This document shows, piece after piece, positions 58,404 to 64,000 of a stretch of DNA of 64,000 nucleotides (the stretch's first letter is position 1; each line of letters opens with the position of its first letter). The DNA is from Candidatus Babeliales bacterium (GTDB taxonomy: Bacteria > Babelota > Babeliae > Babelales > JBFXEV01). A model generated the notes under the pieces. That model was not told the DNA's origin and did not search any database. It worked only from the letters and a program-made list of their open reading frames with translations. Made by a program: the position numbers and the translations under genes. Where the stretch lies: positions 35,186-99,185 of the forward strand of contig JBFXEV010000001.1 of the NCBI GenBank assembly GCA_050179755.1. The letters run 5' to 3'.

Positions 58404-59684
58404 CTAAAACGTAAATTCTATCCCAAGAGCAATATTATTTGTCTGCACCACATTCTCAGCAATGAGATAACATACCGGAATATCCCATGAAAGAGAAACA
58501 AGTGGTAAGAATCTATTACATCCTTCTACTTTAGAGAAATCATAGAAAAAGTTAAGAGTCACTTCTTCTGCTGCCCAATTTGAATTTTTAAACAATAGTC
58601 CAGTATCTACTGGTGGAATTCTATTTAATAAAGGTCGCCTATCTTTCCATTCATCATTATCATGCCACACTAAAGTATAATTCACCATCACTCCTAACCC
58701 ATCGCGTATTCCTTCTAATCGCAAATATGGCGCAAATACAAATGTTATACCAGGGTTTACTTTAAATGGCGCCACGAGCGCACCAAATAATTCGTTTTCC
58801 CCTGCTACTGGTACGCGGTGCAACGCAGTCTTTGGAATGCGCTTAATAAGGCGAGAAATAAGACCGACTTTAAGATCTTCTTTCAGTTCAAATTGACCAT
58901 CTAAGCCAACGTAAAATCCATAGTGGCCGTTCCCACCAAAAGGAACTGAAGCAGGATTTGCAAGATCCTTTGTTACACCCGTTGGGAACAATGTTCCAAA
59001 TTTAACCCCAGCATCAACGCGGCGACATTTCAGAATGTAATTCCATACGTTACCAAAGCGAATATACGCATCAACGTCAGTAATACCTGAATGCCTCCAT
59101 GTAGTCGACGCAAGGCCAAGTTCTCGATTAAATGCTCTGCGGACTTCATCTTCCATTCTGCCAGCCGTTGTTTCTGCCAGCAAGAATTTTAAGGCAGTGT
59201 TCATATGCAAAAATGAAAATGAAACCCCGCACGCAAGCCAATCAAGTAGCTGTTGATCGTAAGCAAAGGAAATACCCTGACCTTCAAGTTTACCGCGGCC
59301 AGGCAACTTTGTGCCCTCAAAAAGCGGTGAAATCCGTGATGGATTTACGCGATTTAATGCGTTATTAATGCTAGTAAGACTAAAATCACCAAAAATTTCA
59401 GGAAACCCAACATCGCCATGCCTGCCGCATGCATTATTTGCCGTGAGAAAGAAAAAATCATTCCTATAGCGTGATTCACCCCAGTGGCCTGATTCTGCAT
59501 CGCAATTTGGATCATAAAAAAAACGTTCGCGAGAATAAGGTACTTCTAAAATTCTAAAAAACCGATTGTCATAAATATAGGCACTAAGCTGCTGCCCTGT
59601 TAAAAAAACTAAAGTAAAGAGAGCAAGCAGACGACGTGTCATGATTGGCATAAAAAATCCTGTGTTGTATATGAAAGTCATCAA
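58404..59684 (-). CDS. Putative outer-membrane beta-barrel protein
   Basis: Signal peptide; alternating aromatic strands; FPTG, PFGGNGH; C-terminal IEFTF. Confidence 0.6.
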   Translation of the reverse strand: MMTFIYNTGFFMPIMTRRLLALFTLVFLTGQQLSAYIYDNRFFRILEVPYSRERFFYDPNCDAESGHWGESRYRNDFFFLTANNACGRHGDVGFPEIFGDFSLTSINNALNRVNPSRISPLFEGTKLPGRGKLEGQGISFAYDQQLLDWLACGVSFSFLHMNTALKFLLAETTAGRMEDEVRRAFNRELGLASTTWRHSGITDVDAYIRFGNVWNYILKCRRVDAGVKFGTLFPTGVTKDLANPASVPFGGNGHYGFYVGLDGQFELKEDLKVGLISRLIKRIPKTALHRVPVAGENELFGALVAPFKVNPGITFVFAPYLRLEGIRDGLGVMVNYTLVWHDNDEWKDRRPLLNRIPPVDTGLLFKNSNWAAEEVTLNFFYDFSKVEGCNRFLPLVSLSWDIPVCYLIAENVVQTNNIALGIEFTF

Positions 59685-59742
59685 ATGATAGCTTCTAAGA
59701 TACTGTATTCTCCATTTTTTTAAAGTTTTTTAGTACAACTAA

Positions 59743-59772
59743 TTGACAATAAGCGCTCGCTCGGAATAAGCT
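59743..59772 (+). promoter_or_regulatory. Possible sigma70 promoter for glmU-sbcD
   Basis: TTGACA (59743-59748), 18-nt spacer, TAAGCT. Confidence 0.4.
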
Positions 59773-59884
59773 TGTAGGGAATCCATCGGTATTAATCGCA
59801 CTATTCAAACAAAGAGAATACATGCGAAATTAAGCCAATGATCAACCATATTAAATCTCTCGAAGCACTAAAAAGGAGATTGTC

Positions 59885-61429
59885 ATGATACAAAAAAAAT
59901 TAATTATTGCAGGCGCTTTAATTGCAAGTTTTGCTCACATAGAAAATACTCGGGGTAGCATAATGTCAAAAATATCATTACAAGGTGTTGTACTTGCAGC
60001 AGGAAAATCTACACGATTTAAAACTGAAAAAAGTAAGTTGGTTACCAAAATTTGTGGCCAAGAGATGATTCTCTATTGTACTAAACTTCTTGAATCATTA
60101 GAAATTCCCACAACGCTGGTAGTGGGTTATCAAAGAGAACAAGTTGAACAGGTAGTAAAGTATGCACATGGCGATACAGTGAATTTTGCTTTACAAGCAC
60201 CGCAAAAAGGCACTGGTCATGCGGTGCAATGCTCTAAAGAATTCTGGCATAAAGATCACGTACTTATTTTAAATGGCGATGGCCCCTTAGTTACCAGAGA
60301 TATTATTGAAAATTTAGCAAAAGTGCACCAAGAATCAGATGCTGCTATTTCATTTGTTACCGCACACAATCCTGACCCGAGCGTGGTTGGTTATGGCAGA
60401 GTCATTACTACTGGCAATAGCGTTAAAATTGTAGAACAAAAACATTTTACCGGTGATCCACAAGAACATTGCTGTTTAAATGCAGGAATTTATATTGTAC
60501 GCACAGATTTTTTACGGGAAGTTATTGACACTATCCCTGAAAATGAAGTAACACACGAATGGTATTTAACCGATTTAGTGCATTTGGCGTGCGCGCAAGG
60601 CCGCATTGTAAAAACAGTTGATGCCCCTTTTGACCGTATTCGTGGTGTAAATACACTCAAAGAATTGTGGACGCTTGAACAAATTATTCGTTATGATGTT
60701 ATTTCTGAACATATGGCCAATGGCGTACGTTTTAGTGCACCACAAACTATGCACATTGATCTTGACGTTCAAATTGGCGCAGGCACCGTAATTGGATGTA
60801 GCGTACATTTACTTAATGGCACACGCATTGGCAAAAACTGCAGAATTGAATCTGGCAGCACGCTTAAAGATGCGCATATTGGCGATACTGTAACTATTTT
60901 TCAAAATAGCATTGTGGATAATTCTGATATTGAAAGTGGCGCATTGATTGGGCCTTTTGCACATATTAGAAAAGAATCTAAAATTGCACAAAATGCTCAG
61001 ATTGGTAACTTTGTGGAAGTATCTAAAAGTACTATTGGCCAAGGCTCCAAAGCAAAACATTTGGCATATTTAGGCAATGCAATAATTGGTAGTAACGTAA
61101 ATATTGGTGCCGGTACCATCACTTGTAATTACGATGGCACGCATAAACATGTAACCACTATTGAAGATGGCGCTTTTATTGGCAGCAATAACACATTAAT
61201 TGCGCCAGTTACCGTGCACAAAGGCGCATATACGGCTGCAGGTTCAGTGATCACAAATGACGTGCCCGCAGGAGCACTTGCCATTGCACGTGAACGTCAA
61301 ACAAATAAAGAAAATTATGTAGAACAATTAATAAATCGTGATCTAAAAAATGAGAGCGATGAAACTCCAGAAAAACCCACGGCTTTTATGGGCGCGTTTA
61401 AAGATACCAATCATCATCACTTTCAATAG
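59885..61429 (+). CDS. glmU: Bifunctional UDP-GlcNAc pyrophosphorylase / glucosamine-1-P acetyltransferase
   Basis: LAAGKSTRF, GTGHAV, GVN, hexapeptide repeats, GPFAH, GNFVE, HLAYLG, TCNYDG. Confidence 0.95.
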   Translation: MIQKKLIIAGALIASFAHIENTRGSIMSKISLQGVVLAAGKSTRFKTEKSKLVTKICGQEMILYCTKLLESLEIPTTLVVGYQREQVEQVVKYAHGDTVNFALQAPQKGTGHAVQCSKEFWHKDHVLILNGDGPLVTRDIIENLAKVHQESDAAISFVTAHNPDPSVVGYGRVITTGNSVKIVEQKHFTGDPQEHCCLNAGIYIVRTDFLREVIDTIPENEVTHEWYLTDLVHLACAQGRIVKTVDAPFDRIRGVNTLKELWTLEQIIRYDVISEHMANGVRFSAPQTMHIDLDVQIGAGTVIGCSVHLLNGTRIGKNCRIESGSTLKDAHIGDTVTIFQNSIVDNSDIESGALIGPFAHIRKESKIAQNAQIGNFVEVSKSTIGQGSKAKHLAYLGNAIIGSNVNIGAGTITCNYDGTHKHVTTIEDGAFIGSNNTLIAPVTVHKGAYTAAGSVITNDVPAGALAIARERQTNKENYVEQLINRDLKNESDETPEKPTAFMGAFKDTNHHHFQ

Positions 61430-61431
61430 AT

Positions 61432-62673
61432 ATGGCAATAACATTTATCCACACGGCCGACATCCATTTTGGTATGGAAAATTATGGTCGGCTCGACCCA
61501 AAAACGGGCATACACACGCGCTTGCTTGATTTCAAACGAGCGCTTGATGCCTGTATTGATCACGCAATTGAACAACAAGTTGATTTCTTTTTGTTTGCAG
61601 GCGACGCATATAAAACAGCACATCCAAGCCCCACGCAACAACGATTATTATTCCAATGTTTGCTCAGATTATTTAAAGCAGATATTCCGGTGATACTCGT
61701 AATTGGCAATCATGATAACCCATTAAGTTTCGGCAAAGCTCACGCACTTGATATTTTTGATGAATTACCTATTACTGGGTTTCACGTGATTGCAAAGCCC
61801 ACAGTACTCAATCTTAAAACTAAGCACGGCCCAGTCAATATTGTGGGCATCCCCTGGCCATCACGCACAAACATTGCCATTGATGATACATATAAGCACG
61901 CAAGTTCTACTGAACTCACGCAACACATATCAAAACAGGTAAGTGGTCTTATTGCACATTATGCACGCGAACTTGATCAAAATATTCCTGCAGTTCTTGC
62001 AGGGCATTTAACGGTAAGTAACGGCATATTTTCTGGTTCAGAGAAACGAGCAATCTATGGCACCGATCCATTATTTATGCCATCCCAACTTGCAATCGCC
62101 CCCTTTGATTATGTGGCATTAGGTCACTTGCACCGTTACCAAAATCTCAACCCAAACGGTTATCCTGCCATCGTTTATGCTGGCTCCATTGAACGTGTTG
62201 ATTTTGGTGAACGTAAAGAAGATAAAGGGTTTTGCCTCGTCACAATTCATGAGAAAAATAGTACCACGCATGAATTTATTAAGGGGCCAATGCGGCCGTT
62301 CTTGCAAATAACGTGCAAACTTGCGCTTGAAGGCGATCAAACCGAGCAAGTGATCAAAGCTATTAGTGAACATGATATTACCGACGCGGTGGTAAAAATT
62401 GTGTACCATGTACCGATTGAGCGGCGTGACATGGTTGATCTGCAAGCAGTCCAACGTGCGTGCGAAAAAGCACTCTATGTAGTGGGCATTATTCCGGTGA
62501 TGCAATTTAAAGTGCGCGAGCGCAGGCCAGCAATAAAAGTGGATATGGATTTAAAAACATTACTTGCCACGTATTTTAAAGATAAACCAGAATTATGCGA
62601 GCGTTCGAGTGAATTGATTGAAAAGGCATTGATGCTACAGCAAGAGATTCAGCAAGAAGAAATCGAAGGATAA
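61432..62673 (+). CDS. sbcD: SbcD/Mre11 nuclease
   Basis: HTADIHFG, AGD, GNHD, GSE, YVALGHLH, YAGS, FGE. Confidence 0.92.
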   Translation: MAITFIHTADIHFGMENYGRLDPKTGIHTRLLDFKRALDACIDHAIEQQVDFFLFAGDAYKTAHPSPTQQRLLFQCLLRLFKADIPVILVIGNHDNPLSFGKAHALDIFDELPITGFHVIAKPTVLNLKTKHGPVNIVGIPWPSRTNIAIDDTYKHASSTELTQHISKQVSGLIAHYARELDQNIPAVLAGHLTVSNGIFSGSEKRAIYGTDPLFMPSQLAIAPFDYVALGHLHRYQNLNPNGYPAIVYAGSIERVDFGERKEDKGFCLVTIHEKNSTTHEFIKGPMRPFLQITCKLALEGDQTEQVIKAISEHDITDAVVKIVYHVPIERRDMVDLQAVQRACEKALYVVGIIPVMQFKVRERRPAIKVDMDLKTLLATYFKDKPELCERSSELIEKALMLQQEIQQEEIEG

Positions 62674-62817
62674 GCAATTCCATCGCTTATCCTTATGCTC
62701 TTCGTAATTTTAATGAAGTAGAAATCAATTTAAAAAAAATAGCTAAAGCCGTTCTAGCTGATATAAAAAAAACTATCCAACTAAGAATAGCCATTTGTTT
62801 ATAAAAATTTAATTAGT

Positions 62818-63747
62818 CTATGCAGCAACAGCCGGCACAAACTCTATGACTGTTGCGTCTTTAAATATTTGTTCTTTATATTCTGCAAGCAACTGATTAT
62901 ACCGTGGAGCTCTCAGCTCATCTTCAATAAGTTTATAACGCTTTTCCAGTGAAACAATGCGCTCTGGCACAAACTCTTTTAGGCGGTATACTTCAAAACC
63001 GTCATTAACAAATTGCGGCGCTGAAATATCACCAGGCTTCATATTTTTTACGAACGCAATGTTTGGCGCAATATCAGATTCCTTAAGCCAAATGCACGCT
63101 CGCCAATCAAGCTGAGCTGACTGCCCTTTGTTAATCTTTTCTTGTACACGCTGCGCTTGCTTTTCCACAGGTTCATCAGGATTTAACGCAATATGCGCAA
63201 TTTCAATCTGATATTTAGCATCTTTGCGTTCAGGATGATCATTATAATATTTCAAAATATCATCACGTGGCACAATCAAACGAGACGTTACTTTATGCTC
63301 AAGCATTGAATTTGCAGCATGCATTAATTTTAACTGCTCACGCCCTTCTTCATAGGAATACCCTGAACTTCTGAATATACCTTTAATATCATCAAGCGTT
63401 AAATTATGCTCTTGGCGTAAGGATGAAATGTATTTATCGATCACGGTATCATCCATAGGGATCTTATAACGAATCGTTTCTTGGAATAATAATTCTTCAA
63501 AAACTACATCTTCCACCGTTCTTTTGCGACCATCAATACTCATGCGCTCAACTTCTGATCTGCAAATCACGCGCGTTCGTTCAGGGCCGTAGGCGGTCAC
63601 CATAATTTCATCAATAATAAATTGACCTGGCTCCAAGGTACTTACCAACGTATCTGTTACTTGTTTGGTTTGCATAATTGCTAAGACCTGACGGTCTTGC
63701 GAAATAACAATTAATAATAGAAGTGATAAAAAAACTTTCTTAAACAT
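62818..63747 (-). CDS. SurA-like periplasmic chaperone / parvulin PPIase
   Basis: Signal peptide; SurA N-domain-like helices; YQIEIAHI and MKPGDISAP parvulin-like segment. Confidence 0.7.
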   Translation of the reverse strand: MFKKVFLSLLLLIVISQDRQVLAIMQTKQVTDTLVSTLEPGQFIIDEIMVTAYGPERTRVICRSEVERMSIDGRKRTVEDVVFEELLFQETIRYKIPMDDTVIDKYISSLRQEHNLTLDDIKGIFRSSGYSYEEGREQLKLMHAANSMLEHKVTSRLIVPRDDILKYYNDHPERKDAKYQIEIAHIALNPDEPVEKQAQRVQEKINKGQSAQLDWRACIWLKESDIAPNIAFVKNMKPGDISAPQFVNDGFEVYRLKEFVPERIVSLEKRYKLIEDELRAPRYNQLLAEYKEQIFKDATVIEFVPAVAA

Positions 63748-63773
63748 ATATCCCCTGCTAATAATTACTGAAA

Positions 63774-63830
63774 CCGCTCATCTCGAGTGTTCTTCGAGCC
63801 TTTTAGGCGATGAAGAATATATCGAGAGAC
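63774..63830 (+). repeat. REP-like palindromic element with expanded centre
   Basis: CCGCTCATCTCGAG-TGTTCTTC...GAAGAATATA-TCGAGAGAC parallels CCGCTCATCCTGAG-CTTG-TCGAAGGA. Confidence 0.6.
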
Positions 63831-63954
63831 AGCATACAAAGCTTAATAATTCAAAATTGTTACTCAAAGCTCAACACCTCTTACCTTAAAAACTTTTATA
63901 AAAACTCCCCGATTCATTGCTAGTTACTTTATAAGTGTTTGATTTTTAACTGCT

Positions 63955-64000
63955 GTCCCTCGATACATTCTATTTTCGCTAACGCTCTATAAAACACTCG
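63955..64000 (-). repeat. REP-like palindromic element, inverted copy, cut at window end
   Basis: Reverse complement CGAGTGTTTTATAG...AATAGAATGTATCGAGGGAC matches the GAGTGT...TGTATCGA pattern of 35497. Confidence 0.55.

Noticed and set aside
61432-62673. sbcD without adjacent sbcC as a novel defence nuclease
   Set aside because: Sequence looks like ordinary SbcD; sbcC may simply lie outside the window

Overview
This is an AT-rich bacterial chromosomal window whose gene content suggests Candidatus Dependentiae (TM6/Babelota), an amoeba/protist-associated intracellular lineage; this assignment is inference from many signal-peptide-bearing ankyrin/WD40/beta-helix proteins, a multi-hairpin ATP synthase c subunit and a divergent FolC-like gene. 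Housekeeping genes include tsaC, atpI/B/E, tmk, holB, dciA, murG, hss, PBP1A, rnpB, uppS, rsmA, mreB, glmU, sbcD and a surA-like gene. The most notable accessory locus (27.6-34.2 kb) looks like an undescribed polymorphic toxin system: an exported carrier-only paralog, a 943-aa exported protein with the same carrier domain plus a Pro/Glu linker and a C-terminal PD-(D/E)XK nuclease, then five tandem paralogous immunity-like genes (one frameshifted). It lies next to an archease-RtcB-ThpR RNA repair operon. Other highlights are nested palindromic repeats (one copy inside RNase P RNA), a secreted beta-helix/AlkB fusion, effector-like proteins sharing Met at the predicted mature N-terminus, and a Cys-rich copper-storage-like gene beside three outer-membrane barrel paralogs. 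I saw no CRISPR array, tRNA, rRNA or transposase. All product calls come from motif recognition by eye, not database searches.
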